From assembly GCF_006345805.1 (NCBI RefSeq), contig NC_043004.1:39680001-39744000 (forward strand): a stretch of 64,000 bases of DNA. Reading direction: 5' to 3'. A program made the translations under genes and the position numbers. Of the stretch, positions 42,966 through 55,391 are shown one piece after another. The notes under the pieces were generated by a model. The model did not search any database, had not been told where the DNA came from, and saw nothing but the letters and a program-made list of their open reading frames with translations. Source of the DNA: Octopus sinensis. Lineage: Eukaryota. Every line of letters begins with the position of its first letter. The stretch's first letter is position 1.

Positions 42966-43529
42966 GCAATTGTTATAAACGCATTTGAATATTTATTTTA
43001 AGGAACTATATCCCGAGAAATGCTTAATATTACTTTTTTTTTCTTAAATATATATTTTTGATGAAATATAATAAATATTTTTGGCCTAATCGATTAAATG
43101 TATTTTGGTGTATACCTGCAAGTTCAAAATTATTTCTTTCATAAATTTACTTATAATTTTTCGATTAAAAATGTCTGAAAAAGATTTTCCTTAAAGATAT
43201 AAATTCGACATTTCCCTAACCAAATAAGTTTAGACGGCACTCGCAAGCGAGTGACAGACTAGTATGTACTATGCGTTCTCTAACTGTTTTAAGTCTCTAT
43301 GTAGCCAACGAAGATGTGAAAGCTAGTGATAGAAGGAGCTGCCCCAGCACGCAGCTGGTACTTGTTTTCAGCCGAGTCGACTGGAACATGAAATGTAATG
43401 CATTGCTTAAGAACACAACACGCTAGTTTGACGAGGAATCGAACGCATGACTTTATCGGGAGACTAGCTTTCATATATTCTTTCTTTTCCATTCAGACAA
43501 ACAAGTATCCTTATTAGAGAGGATAAAAT

Positions 43530-43720
43530 GTCACCGAGTAAAATGCTTAGCGACATTTCGTCCGTCTTTACGTTCTGAGTTCAAATTCCACTGAGATCGA
43601 TTTTACTTTTAATCCTTTCTGGTTCGATGAAATAAGTACCAGTTGAGCACTGGTGTTGATGTGATCGACTTACGACTCTCACGAATTTGCTGGCCTTGTG
43701 CCAAAAATTGAAGCCATTAT
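43530..43720 (+). mobile_element. SINE family A
   Basis: B-box and core present. Confidence 0.8.
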
Positions 43721-44189
43721 AGAGGATAAATTATGATAAGTAGTGATTTTTTTTTATCGCAGTCAGTTTGTCTTTGCATCCCTCCTTGCTTGATTAAATA
43801 CGTTTCCGCCAAGTTTTGGAGCTGATTTTATCAACCACGAACATCATTCATTAAAATGTGACATCTTATGCCTACTTCAGAAAAAAAAATATTTTTGTTT
43901 AGATTAGATAGAAATAACATCACTTTTAGAAGAAACTGTTATATGATGGATGCTTGTGAGGCATGTCTTTCCCCAGACAAGCGATAATATGCATGGAAAT
44001 ATCCATACACATCAGAAACGTTATGTTATCGGATTGTCCTTTGAATTTAACGATTCGCAATACCTTTACCAATATCGCTTTCTTCGCAATTGCTTGGCAG
44101 CTCGGATAAATTTGACCAGATGCATTTCAGCGATGCCTTGAACTCTGCATTCTAAATCCCACAAACATGTTGTTGATATGCCAGAGCAT

Positions 44190-44573
44190 TGGAAGCACTC
44201 CGTCGGTTACGACAACGAGGGTTCCAGCTGATCCGATCAACGGAACAGCCTGCTCATGAAATTAACGTGTAAGTGGCTGAGCACTCCACAGACACGTGTA
44301 CCCTTAACGTAGTTCTCGGGGATATTCAGCGTGATACAGAGAGTGACAAGGCCGGACCTTTGAAATACAGGTACAACAGAAACAGGAAGTAAGAGTGAGA
44401 GAAAGTTGTGGTGAAAGAGTACAGCAGGGGCCGCCACCACCCCCTGCCGGAGCCTCGTGGAGCTTTAGGTGTTTTCGCTCAATAAACACTCACAACGCCT
44501 GGTCTGGGAATCGAAACCGCGATCCTACGACCGCGAGTCCGCTGTCCTAACCACTGGGCCATTGCGCCTCCAC
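44190..44573 (-). mobile_element. SINE family C head with a D-type tail and a 12-bp TSD
   Basis: TSD atgccagagcat at 44178-44189 and 44574-44585. Confidence 0.92.
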
Positions 44574-44589
44574 ATGCCAGAGCATAGCA

Positions 44590-44795
44590 AAGCAGTGAGC
44601 TGGGAAAATCGTGAGCACGCCGAGCAGCATTTCGTCCGGCTTTACGTTCCGAGTTCAAATTCCCACCAAGGTTGACTTTGCCTTTTCATCTTTTTGAGGT
44701 CGATAAAAGAAGCACCAGTAGAACACTGAGGTGGATGTAATCGACTTGTTCCCTTTCCCCAAACGTGCTGGCCTTGTGTGAAAATGTGAAACCGA
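44590..44795 (+). mobile_element. SINE family A
   Basis: Head, B-box and core present. Confidence 0.8.
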
Positions 44796-45348
44796 TATTC
44801 CCGGTCACAGAACAGCGTCTGGTAGAAGATTTAAATCCTTGACATAGAACTCAAAACCATATCTCCATTATTCATTCGCTTATTACAACTTAAAAAACGA
44901 AACGACAAATAAATATAACAACTACGTTGGTAAAGAAATTTGATTTGAAATCACATTGCTCTGTTAACAATCCTACTGTGTGCGACTCTTTGAGCAAGTT
45001 TTCTACCACATCCTCTTGTCGACCCCCAAATCTCATCAGCGAAATTGAGTAGACGAAAACTGTCCTGAAATCCGTCTCAAGTTGATTATGCGTAATTTTG
45101 GGCTGCAGATTTTAACAATATTCCTTGCCCTTGAATACCTTTCGTGAAGTTTGTTCTGTTGCAGATATTTAGAGCAAGTTTTTTTGTCTGATGATAATTC
45201 CATATATTAATGTACTGCTTTCTGCCGCATCTTGAGAGCCTTGCATTCTTCTTCCTTTTATCCCCATCAGGACATAGGAGTTGTTTTTCTTCTTCTGAGT
45301 AGGCCACTACAAAGCACTGAGATCAAAGTGTGTTATAGCTGAATATTG

Positions 45349-45757
45349 GGATCTGTTCGGTTTGAACAGCAGTTTTTAACATAATTTCTAGGTAACTAAA
45401 AAATTTTAAACTTCTTATACTGGTAGAATGTGTTTATAAAACATCTTTTTCTCTTGGTTTTATTGAGAAATTCTATGGTTTGTAAGATATTTGTTGTTGT
45501 TTTTTCTTCAATTTCTGCAATTTCAACCAATCAGTGACGTCTATTGAGTTAAAAAGCATTCTGTGCCATATGAATATGTCCCTCGTTTAAGAAACACATT
45601 GGGTTTATTTACATTTGTGAAGAAAAAAAGATACCCTTGCCCCCACCCTTAACTCTAAAACAGATTGAAATGCAACAGATCGATTCTAGGGTCATAATTA
45701 TGGGCGACAATTTCATGACACTGCTAGAAAAAACTGTCGTTCAAACCGAAAAGATCC
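45349..45757 (+). mobile_element. Second copy of the Merlin-like MITE
   Basis: Same TIRs as 16199-16619. Perfect 8-bp TSD gaatattg at 45341-45348 and 45758-45765. Confidence 0.93.
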
Positions 45758-45949
45758 GAATATTGTTGAGATCTGTTAAATCCATCATATTGCTGTCAAA
45801 TTCCGTGTCCTAAAAGCTTCGATATTTTGTCCGTCCAGCAAACTAACATTGTTTATGAAAACAAATAGCAACTACACCAATGATTTATATCTAAAAGTTG
45901 AACCAGCTAGGGAACTCTACGCGGTCGCTTAACACGCAAGAAACAGCAG

Positions 45950-47030
45950 TGAAGTAGACACTGGCATAGCAGTGTGATAAAGAAGTTTGGAGAGAAAATG
46001 AGTGTTTATTTTTAGTCTATTAACGGAATGTTCTTTTATATAAAATGTAAGTTGTTCAACAACTTCTGTACCACCTGCTGCATTGCCTGTGGCTGGAACA
46101 CTTACGGTTTCTACTGAATCTACTGCACCGATTGACACTTCTACTGCTTTCTTTTCCTTTTTTTTTCTTTTATGTCTTCGTAATTTCTTTGCAATGATAT
46201 TATTCTGCTCTATGTACGCATGCGTGGCGTCTTGAAGACTGTAGCTATGGTTTTGTTCCACAAATTTAATAACCGTTTTAATGTAATTTCCTGCAGCAGC
46301 CCAAGATAGCATTTCTTCAAATTTGTTGTCTTCTAAATAATGTTTTAAAACATTTCAAGAATTGTAATTCTTTGGATGATTTCTTGCAGTGAAAGTGGCT
46401 GTATGTGTCTATTCTTCTAAGCCCAGCACCATTACGTTTGCATATATGCGTATCTTTCAGATATTATTTAATGGTCTCCATAGGTTCTTGTTCTTCACAT
46501 ATCGTCTACTTTAGGTAGAATCCTTCAAAGTCTTTGTTTCAATCTCATTCTTTTGATCACCCTCTAGATTTGCGAATATAACTTTCGTCCATAACTTTCG
46601 CCGCACTCTTAAACATGTTTCAGATTTCACTACATTCGACACAGTCAGAAATAGAAGTTTTATATTTTTGATCATAAAGCTGTGTCGAAATTCTGTAAGA
46701 TTGACGTTCTTATTCACTATTTCAGTTATAAAGCCATTTTGATAATAACATTTAGAGCGTTTAATGATTATTTCATTCATGGGTTGAATCCGTAACAATA
46801 CGTTTAACAACACGCTTAAATATTCCTGCAATCCCTCACTAATTCTGTTACATACAAGTGGTTGAGAAGTAGTAAACTCTTTGTATTTATAGGTTTGAAA
46901 ATTCCCTTATGTTCTAACAAACTGATGTAACAAAATCGTAAACAAACTAATCACGAAATGTGCTTCTACTCTTCAAAGAACTATTTTGAGAATTTATAGA
47001 TCAGATGCAAATGCAACATTTCCTTAAAGG
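45950..47030 (-). pseudogene. pogo/Tigger (Jerky-like) DDE transposase remnant, C-terminal part
   Basis: Translations NVLLRIQPMNEIIIKRSKCYY (cf. TSLIQPMDQGII) and VKSETCLRVRRKLW (cf. W..V...T...W.KLW). Many stops and frameshifts. Confidence 0.7.
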
Positions 47031-47139
47031 CCCGCTAGTATTTGAATTTGTCAATGACTTAAAAGCTGAATTTTATGCTAATCTGAAGAATTATCGAGCA
47101 CAAGAACGGTTAATATTTACATATCAAACGTAAAGTCGA

Positions 47140-47420
47140 GTGGCTTAGTGTTTAGCTATTCGGTTCGGTTCACAGTCGTGCTTTTGATTCTCGCTCACGC
47201 GTTGTGTTCCTCAGCAAGACAGTTTATATCACGTGACTCCAGTCCACTCAGCTGGCAAAAGTGAGTTGTACTCGTAATTCAGAGGGCCAGCCTTGTAACA
47301 TTGTGCCACACTGTGAATCTCCTGAGAACTACGTTAAGAGTACTTGTGTCTGTGGAGTGCTCAACGAGCTGGCTGTTCCGTTGACAGGATCAAGTGGAAC
47401 ATTCGTCGTCGTGACCGACG
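47140..47420 (+). mobile_element. SINE family D
   Basis: gtggcttagtg head, ctccagtccactcagctgg core and gagaactacgttaag tail. Confidence 0.8.
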
Positions 47421-47634
47421 TAAAGTTTGTTGCATTTCATTCTTGCTTTCCAACCAATGTATTTTGGTATGCAAATACTTTTAGTAAAGTCCTGTTTCAC
47501 CAGAATTATAAATTTTATCGACTGGTAGGTCATGTTCGGTTGCAAATTTTTCCAAATGTTCCATTATACTTTGTTGCTGTTTCTGTATGACACGACAGTT
47601 TTTGTTCAGCAATAACGGGAGTTTGGGACTTTTT

Positions 47635-47770
47635 CTGTATTATGTTGGGAACCAAAATGAGCTCTTGAGAGTGAAGTGAAAGAGATGAGAACATGATAAG
47701 CATAACTGGTGTGTAAAGGATCAATCGTTTTATAGTTGCGAGAATTCTAAAGGACAAAGAAAGCATCCAT
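47635..47770 (+). pseudogene. Tigger transposase N-terminal HTH fragment
   Basis: Reads ...INRFIVARILKDKESI, paralogous to 48990-49115. Confidence 0.5.
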
Positions 47771-47974
47771 CATTAACTTTACTCTCTGATTTAATGTCCA
47801 TTTGCTGTGGCAATAGGCATTGGCCTGCAAATTGCCAAACCTTCTAATGATTCAACGTTTTTTTATTGCGAGGCTCAAACGAGGCAAGGAATTCTAGAAT
47901 TTTTACTATTTGTTTTTTTATATGCTAAATTGTAAACTTTCTGATGTCATACGTTTCTATCAGAGCAATATTCG

Positions 47975-48730
47975 TGGCACTCCGTCGGTTACGACGACGA
48001 GGATTCCAGCTGATCCGATCAACGGAACAGCCTGCTCGTGAAACGAACGTGCAAGTGGCTGAGCACTCCACAGATACGTCTACTCTTAACGAAGTTCTCG
48101 GGGAGATTCAGCGTGACACAGTGTGACAAGGCTGGCCTTTTGAAATGCAGGTACAACAGAAACAGGAAGAAAGAGTGAGAGAAAATTGTGGTGAAAGAAT
48201 ACAGCTGGGTGCACCACCACACCCTGCCGGAGCCTCGTGGAGATTTAGGTGTTTTTGCTCAATAAACACTCAAACTGCCCGAGGTCAACTTGGCCTTTCA
48301 GCCTTTCGGTGTCGATAAATTAAATACCAGTTGAACACTGGGATCGATGTCGACTAACTCGCTCCACCCAACCGATATCGCTGGCCTTGTGCCAAAATTT
48401 GAAACCCGTATTAGTTGTATCAAGTTTTAAATATATTGATTTTACCATTCAGATTTAAGGTGTTCTTCGTCTCTTTACACAAGATCCCTTATCTTTTGAA
48501 GGCATTTTTATAAACATGTAAGGCGGCGAGTTGGCAGAACCATAAGCACGCCAGACAAAATGCTTAACTGCATTTCATCCGGTTTTATCGTTGTCAGTTC
48601 AAATTATGCCGAGGTCGACCTTGCCTTTCATCTTTTCGGGGTCGAAGTATCAGTTGAACAGGTGAGGTTGATGTAATTGTGTAACCATCTATACCAAAAT
48701 TTCAGGCTTTGTGTTTATTGTAGAAAGAAT
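47975..48730. mobile_element. SINE C/D-tail copy (-) followed by family A copies (+)
   Basis: Homologous to 44190-44573 and 27396-27626. Confidence 0.82.
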
Positions 48731-48989
48731 CATTTCTGGCTTGTAAATAAGTATGCTATATGTGGTAAATAGAAAGACTAGGATACAGAATTACTTGTAT
48801 TGTTACAGTCGAATTGCTCCTCTTACAACGGCGATCGCGAGATCATTATCTGTCGCTGTAAACTTTAGTGTTCTCGCATTCGCGTGCACACATTAAGGCC
48901 GACAAACTTAGTAAGCTTAGGTATTCTCCAAAAGTCTGGGCTTTCAGGTGGTTTAGATTTATGGCATCCATTGCTTTGGACGTTGCAGT

Positions 48990-49460
48990 ATTACTTTAGA
49001 AACCAAAGTAAGCATTATAAAGCGAAGGGAAAGGAGGCAGAAAATGTCAAACATAATTGGTACGCGTGGGATGAATCGATCTATTACTGCTAAAATTCTA
49101 AAGGATAAAGAGCGAAGTTTGCAACGATGTGAAATGTTCTCTATCAAATATATTTCACGATAATTAGTTAGAAATTCAGTGGTGAAAGAAATGGAAGAGA
49201 TTCTGGATGTTTGGATGGACAACCAGCATCAGTGCTGCATGCCTGTGCGCCTTAATTTAATTCAGCGGAAGACTGCAACTCCGTTTGAAGATTTTTAACG
49301 CTTAACTTGAAGAATGTTGCGGAAGAAACATTTACTGTTAACCATGCTTGTTTCCATAAATTTAAGGTTTGCTCAAACTCACAAAGCATGTAGATGGGTT
49401 GGAAATCTGCCAGTAGCTGACTTGTCTAAATATTACTGAAAATTATTGAAGGTGGTTTTA
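48990..49460 (+). pseudogene. Tigger/pogo transposase remnant (psq-HTH and CENP-B HTH)
   Basis: ITLETKVSIIKRRERRQKMSNIIGTRGMNRSITAKILKDKER...KEMEEILDVWMDNQHQCCMPVRLNLIQRKTATPFEDF*, with in-frame stops. Confidence 0.8.
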
Positions 49461-49515
49461 AAAATACAGAAAATACAATGACTTCAAATTAATTTTATTA
49501 ACAGTAATATCAATA

Positions 49516-49727
49516 AGGCGGCGAATGGCAGGATCAATTAGCACACCGGACGAAATGCTTAGCGGTATTTCAGCCGTTACTACGTTCCTAGTTCAAATAC
49601 CGCCAAGGCCGACTTTGCCTTTCATCCTTTCGGAGTCGATAAATAAAGTACGAGTGAAACACTAGGGTCGATGTAATCTACTAGCGCCCCCCCTAAAATA
49701 CCAGGCCTTGTTCCTGTAGTAGAAAGG

Positions 49728-49728
<1 letters not shown>
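49516..49728 (+). mobile_element. SINE family A ending in (ATT)n
   Basis: Head, B-box and core present. Confidence 0.88.
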
Positions 49729-49784
<56 letters not shown>

Positions 49785-49785
<1 letters not shown>

Positions 49786-50007
49786 GACTACTCGATTTCA
49801 CTTGCTCTGGGTAATTCTGTAAGAGCAAATAACAACTTGTTGTCAAGAGTCTCACCGGGTCTCTTTGCACGATTCTGAACAGGCAAGTGCCAAGCTCAAA
49901 ATACTCGTTGTCCTTAACAAACCAGTTTCTCAAACCTGGCTGATAATGCCCCAACAATTACTGGGATGACAGCCACTTTCTTCATTGCCCACAATCGCGC
50001 AATCTCT
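49785..50007 (-). mobile_element. 3' end of an R4/Dong-like RLE non-LTR retrotransposon, ending in (TAA)n
   Basis: The minus strand encodes EIARLWAMKKVAVIPVIVGAL...LLRTTSILS, typical of R4-clade C-termini. It is followed by a short UTR and a (TAA)n tract. Confidence 0.75.
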
Positions 50008-50119
50008 TCTTCTTCTTCTTCTTCTTCTTCTTCTTCTTCTTCTTCTTCTTCTTCTTCTTCTTCTTCTTCTTCTTCTTCTCTTCCTCCTCCTTCTTCTTCT
50101 TCTTATTATTATTATTATT

Positions 50120-50566
50120 AAGGCAGCGTGCTGGCAGAATCGTTGGTACGCCGGACAAAATACTTAACCTCATTTCGTCCGTCTTTATGTTCTGAGTTCA
50201 AATTCCGTCGAGGTCGACTTTGCCTTTCATCCTTTCGGAGTCGATAAATTAAGTACCAGTGACGCACTAGGATCGATGTAATTGACTAATCTCCTCCCAC
50301 CGAATTTCAGGCTTTATGCCAAGAGTAGAAAGGATTCTTATTATTAATAATAAGGCGGCGAGCTACCAGAATCATTAGCACGCCGGGCAAAATACTTAGC
50401 GGCATTTCGTCCGTCTTTATGTTCTGAGTTCAAAGTCCGCCGAGTTCGACTTTACCTTTCATCCTTTCGTGGTCGATAAATTAAGTACCAGTTGCGTACT
50501 GGGTCGATCTAATCGACTGCTCCCCTCACCCAAAATTTCGGGCCTAGTGCCTAGAGTAGAAAAGAA
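50120..50566 (+). mobile_element. Two tandem family A SINE copies
   Basis: Copies at 50120-50337 and 50352-50566. Confidence 0.9.
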
Positions 50567-51000
50567 CATTTTTGTACCTGTTTACTACGATAAATAATAC
50601 ACTCGAGTTACTATCATTTTTAGTACAAACATTAATGAACTATGGAAATAGCTGTTTACACCCAAGTGTAAATGACTAGGAAAAAAAGGAAAAGAATGGG
50701 CCTATATATCGAAAAGATGTTGATTCAGAGAATACTTAAGGGACTGAACATCTTAGACAAGAGGAAAACAAGACGATGGCAGTGAGTTCCAGAGAACACA
50801 AGTTCAAGTATAGAATAAAAGAAATAATGACTAACAGGAAACTCAGCAGAGAAACGATGCACCAGGGAAGAGGAACGGGTGATGACGCGTTTACAGGTTT
50901 TCTCAGTGGGCGCGATGCCAGAAAGTTCACCAGAACAGTGACCCTGGAAAAATATTTATAGAATAGACACAACGAAGATACATCCGGAGAAGCCAAAATA

Positions 51001-51565
51001 TTTGGTTGTCCGGAAAGTTCGTGCCGATTTATAGTAGCTTACCTTTCGACTTATTTTAGAACATGGTTGTGTCCATAGAACAGGATTTGACTACACCTCC
51101 ATTTAGGGCATAGTTTAAGCTACCTTTTTGTGGAAGAAGGTTTATGTTCCTATAATCTCTGTTAATTCTGTAACCCTTTAAAATTGAAGATAAGAAAGTT
51201 AATTTTCGGCACTTGCTGTTTTGGGAACCAGACAAAAATTGCTGCAGCTCAGCTGGGTTATGTTACCCCACCCTTCATATTCACCAGATATTGCTCCTTC
51301 GGATTTCCACTTATTCAGGTCTCTGCAGAATAGTCTTAATGGTAAAAATTTCAATTCCTTGGATGACGTAAAGAGATGCCTTGATGAATTCTTTGCCATG
51401 AAACCACCTCACTCCTGGAAGAGGGTATTTTCAAGTTAAAGGAAAGATGGAGACGAAGTGTGCAACAAAATGGTTCATATTTGGTTGATTAAAAATGTAA
51501 TGGCAAGCATTTATTGACATTTTTCTTTCCTTTAAAAATCGGCACGAACTTTCCGGACAACCCAA
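51001..51565 (+). mobile_element. Internally deleted mariner (DD34D) element
   Basis: TIRs tt(t/g)ggttgtccggaaagttcgtgccgattt with TA on both sides. Encodes EDKKVNFRHLLFWE joined to TRQKLLQLSWVMLPHPSYSPDIAPSDFHLFRSLQNSL. Confidence 0.93.
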
Positions 51566-52489
51566 TAGATTAATGCTTTGAGTTGTAGTTTCTTTTAATG
51601 TATGAACACAGCTTTAACGGTATGACAAGTTAATTCATTATGTAGTAATACAAAATGTGTTATTTACCAGTTGGAAGTTGCAAAATTCTCAATAAATAAT
51701 AATTTAAATGCTTAAAAGAACAATTCATTAATTCTGACTTTTTGCTCAAACTTTCAACAGACTAACCGAATGTTAGACTACATTCAAAGATGTAGTTCAC
51801 ACCATCTGGAAATATCTGATATAACGACTGAATTAATTTGCCTCGATAACGTGGTTACATAACAGATATTTTGTTCACAAGAGTACCTTTAAGAAAATGT
51901 AAAATATATTGGAAGTGTTAGAATACAGCATTTAATTCTAGCCATGAAAGCAAAGTTCTTGATTGAATTCGATTCAGATTGCAAGTTGCTATAAATTCTC
52001 TTTCTCGGTTGACAATGTAAGTGTACTTGTCTGCTAATGAATGGCCAACGAACTGTAAAACAAGTCAAAGCAATCTCTATTATTTTTCTGTGAATGAGAA
52101 GAAAAACAATTACAAAGTCAATAACAATTACAGCTAAGTTCCGGTTTGTGTTTGATTTAAATAGTGATTTGCGATATATTCCCTATACAGCAGAAGATCG
52201 AGGTTGCACGTGTCATCTAGTGAATTATCAACGAAACGAGAAACAGAGGAGAGTATCTACGCACGAAGTGAGAACAAGTATTCATGGTTATTTAAAGTTC
52301 CACAGCGAAATGTATGAAAACTGAATTTAACTAATTAAATTTATCTTAGGTTTCCTCATAAGGGCTGTGTTATAACCACAAGCACACTCCTCACACACAC
52401 ACACACACACACATACACACACATACACACACGCACACATTCACACGTTTTCTTTCTCTCTCTCCCTTCTCATCTCTCTCTTCCTTTCT

Positions 52490-52718
52490 AGCTGGCAGAA
52501 ACGTTAACGCGCTGGGCGAAATGCGTAGCCGTATTTCGTCTGTCGTTACGTTCTGAGTTCAAATTCCGCCGAGGTCGACTTTGCCTTTCATCCTTTCGGG
52601 GTCGATAAATTAAGTAAGTACCAGTTACGCACTGGGGTCGATGTAATCGACTAAATCCGTTTATCTGTCTTTGTTTGTCCCCTCTATGTTTAACCCCTTG
52701 TAGGTAGTAAAGAAATAT
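52490..52718 (+). mobile_element. SINE family A
   Basis: Near-identical to 27396-27626. Confidence 0.9.
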
Positions 52719-52768
52719 ATCTTTCTGTGTGTCTTTTTGTCTATGTAAATATATATATATATATATAT

Positions 52769-52826
<58 letters not shown>

Positions 52827-52867
52827 ATGTGTGTGTGTGTGTGTGTGTATCTGTCTGCCTGTATGTG

Positions 52868-53170
52868 TGCGTGGCTTAGGGATAAGGGTATTCGGCTCAC
52901 AGGAATAAGGACGCGCGTTCGATCCCCGGTGGCGCATTGTATCCTTGAGCAAGTGACTTTACGTTGTTCCAGTTCACCCAGGTGACAATGAGTAGTACCT
53001 GTATTTCAAAGCGCCAGTCTTGTTACATTATGTGTCACGCTGAATCTCCCGGAACTACGTGAAGAACATGCATTTCTGTGGAGTACTCAGACACTTGCAC
53101 GTTTATTTCACGAGCAGGCTATTCCGTTGATCGGATCATCTGGAACCTCTCTCGTTAAAAGCACCGGAGT
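52868..53170 (+). mobile_element. SINE family D
   Basis: gcgtggcttagg head, gttcgatcccc B-box and gtatccttgagcaag core. Confidence 0.82.
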
Positions 53171-53383
53171 TATAAGGCTGGTGCAAAGGTAATGGCTGAT
53201 TTTAAGGGCTCTATATTAAAAATGAAAAAGCACATTATTAAGACAATATTTAAAAGTTCGTTGGATGATGAGAAGAGATAGGATCAACTGGTGCAACCAC
53301 GTGAGCGTGTAATATATGGGAAGAATTCACTAAAAAAACAAAAGACGAAGACAAGTGGTGTAGAGAACAAACAGATGTATTAG

Positions 53384-53432
<49 letters not shown>

Positions 53433-53445
53433 ACACACACACACC

Positions 53446-53519
<74 letters not shown>

Positions 53520-53610
53520 CACACACACATCTATATCATAGTATATATATAGAAATATTTATAACATATGTATAAATATATATATATATTATATATATAT
53601 ATATATATAT

Positions 53611-53805
53611 GACCGCGTGTGTATCGTTGGCGATTTTCTTTCTCCGACTTCCCTTGCTTGGACCTTTCCTTTTTCTATGTTTCTGAAGAAGAGCTCCGCT
53701 CGAAACGTTAAATCCTTCTTTCTTTCTTTTCCTGAGCGTCCAATGACATTATACTTGTTCCACGTCCTCGCGTTGTTGTGTTTTTTTCTTTCTTCATGTT
53801 TGGAT

Positions 53806-53810
<5 letters not shown>
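53611..53810 (+). mobile_element. Penelope-like terminal fragment between (TA)n tracts
   Basis: Unique island in TA runs with a minimal hammerhead. Confidence 0.6.
53680..53712 (+). ncRNA. Minimal type I hammerhead ribozyme
   Basis: uuu-CUGAAGA-a-GAGC ucc GCUC-GAAA-CGU-U-aaa. Palindromic ACGU stem III and a very short stem I. Confidence 0.55.
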
Positions 53811-53847
<37 letters not shown>

Positions 53848-53934
53848 TATATAGTAATACATATTTATAAGATGTATACATGAACAATGTATGCATGTGT
53901 ACGCACATACATATGCGTGTGTGTGCATCCATGA

Positions 53935-53971
<37 letters not shown>

Positions 53972-54533
53972 CACGTGCATTCATGCAGTGAGAGAGAGAG
54001 AAAGCGAATAATGAACACCCACATTCATATAGTTGCAGACGATTATATGATGTATTTTGTGCAATCATAGTCACTGAACGTAGCTGATGATGTAGCTGTC
54101 TCTAATTGATAGTCACTTTTTCGTAGGCGTTGGTCTGATGCCGAAGTAATAATTGCATAATTTGTGTAATTAGTATATAATCTAGATATTGGGAGAATTA
54201 CTGACATATAGCTAATCTGTTCGCCATTTTGTACGTTCACTCACATACATATGTACGATCGGTGACACACATACACACACACACATTCATATGTATATAT
54301 ATATATGTATATATGTATATATATATATATATATATTTACTTATACTCTCTTTACTCTTTTACTTGTTTCAGTCATTTGACTGCGGCCATACTGGAGCAC
54401 CGCCTTTAGTCGAGTAAATCGAACCCAGCACTTATTCTTTGTAAGCCTAGTACTTATTCTATCGGTCTCTTCTGCCGAACCGCTAAGTTACGGGGACGTA
54501 AACCCACCAGCATCGACGTAAACACACACGTAC

Positions 54534-54564
<31 letters not shown>

Positions 54565-54792
54565 AATTAATCAATATAGGGTGGCAAAAAAAATTTTGTA
54601 GAATTTTTTTGCCACCAGCGGCCTAGTGGGAAAAAAATTAAATAGTCATAGACCATTTTTAAGTTCAACATCACAATCAAGGAACGGCCATAATAGGCTA
54701 TTCACCCACTAGAAATAACAGCCAAAAGCTTTAACCGCAAAATAACATCAATTCCGTAAACCAGGAGAAAATTAAAAAACATTTACCCTGCA

Positions 54793-54899
54793 ATTTCTTA
54801 TACGATGCACCGTTTCGTCTACTGTTTAATGGTAAACCAACCTGATTAAATTAAATCAAGCCAATCTACCATAGGCCCTTAGATTCATCAGTAAGAAAT
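54793..54899 (-). ncRNA. Type I hammerhead ribozyme, copy 1 (extended stem II)
   Basis: Minus strand: AUUUCUUA-CUGAUGA-AUCUA...augguag auugg c uugauuuaa u uuaaucag guuggu uuaccau...UAGAC-GAAA-CGGUGCAUCG-UA-UAAGAAAU. Perfect 8-bp stem I and a GUA triplet. Confidence 0.82.
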
Positions 54900-55284
54900 A
54901 GCCAAGTCGGAACAGATATTTTTCACGAGGCATTCCCGTCCCTGCCTCGGCAATATCTGACCTAAAATTTTCAAATCATCGCACTCGCGCCAAATTTATC
55001 GGCAGCAAATAAATATAAGCCGCCGATTCCATTACGGAATTAACCAGAAAATTCATAATTAATCAATATAGGGTGGCAAAAAAAATTTTGTAGAATTTTT
55101 TTGCCACCAGCGGCCTAGTGGGAAAAAAATTAAATAGTCATAGACCATTTTTAAGATCAACATCACAATCAAGGAACGGCCATAATAGGCCATTCACCCA
55201 CTAGAAATAACAACCAAAAGCTTTAACCGCAAAATAACATCAATTCCGTAAACCAGGAGAAAATTAAAAAACATTTACCCTGCA

Positions 55285-55391
55285 ATTTCTTATACGATGC
55301 ACCGTTTCGTCTACTGTTTAATGGTAAACCAACCTGATTAAATTAAATCAAGCCAATCTACCATAGGCCCTTAGATTCATCAGTAAGAAAT
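55285..55391 (-). ncRNA. Type I hammerhead ribozyme, copy 2
   Basis: Same motif, shifted by 492 bp. Confidence 0.82.

Noticed and set aside
53173-53203. Solo mariner-like TIR taaggctggtgcaaaggtaatggctgattt
   Set aside because: No partner TIR or transposase found nearby.
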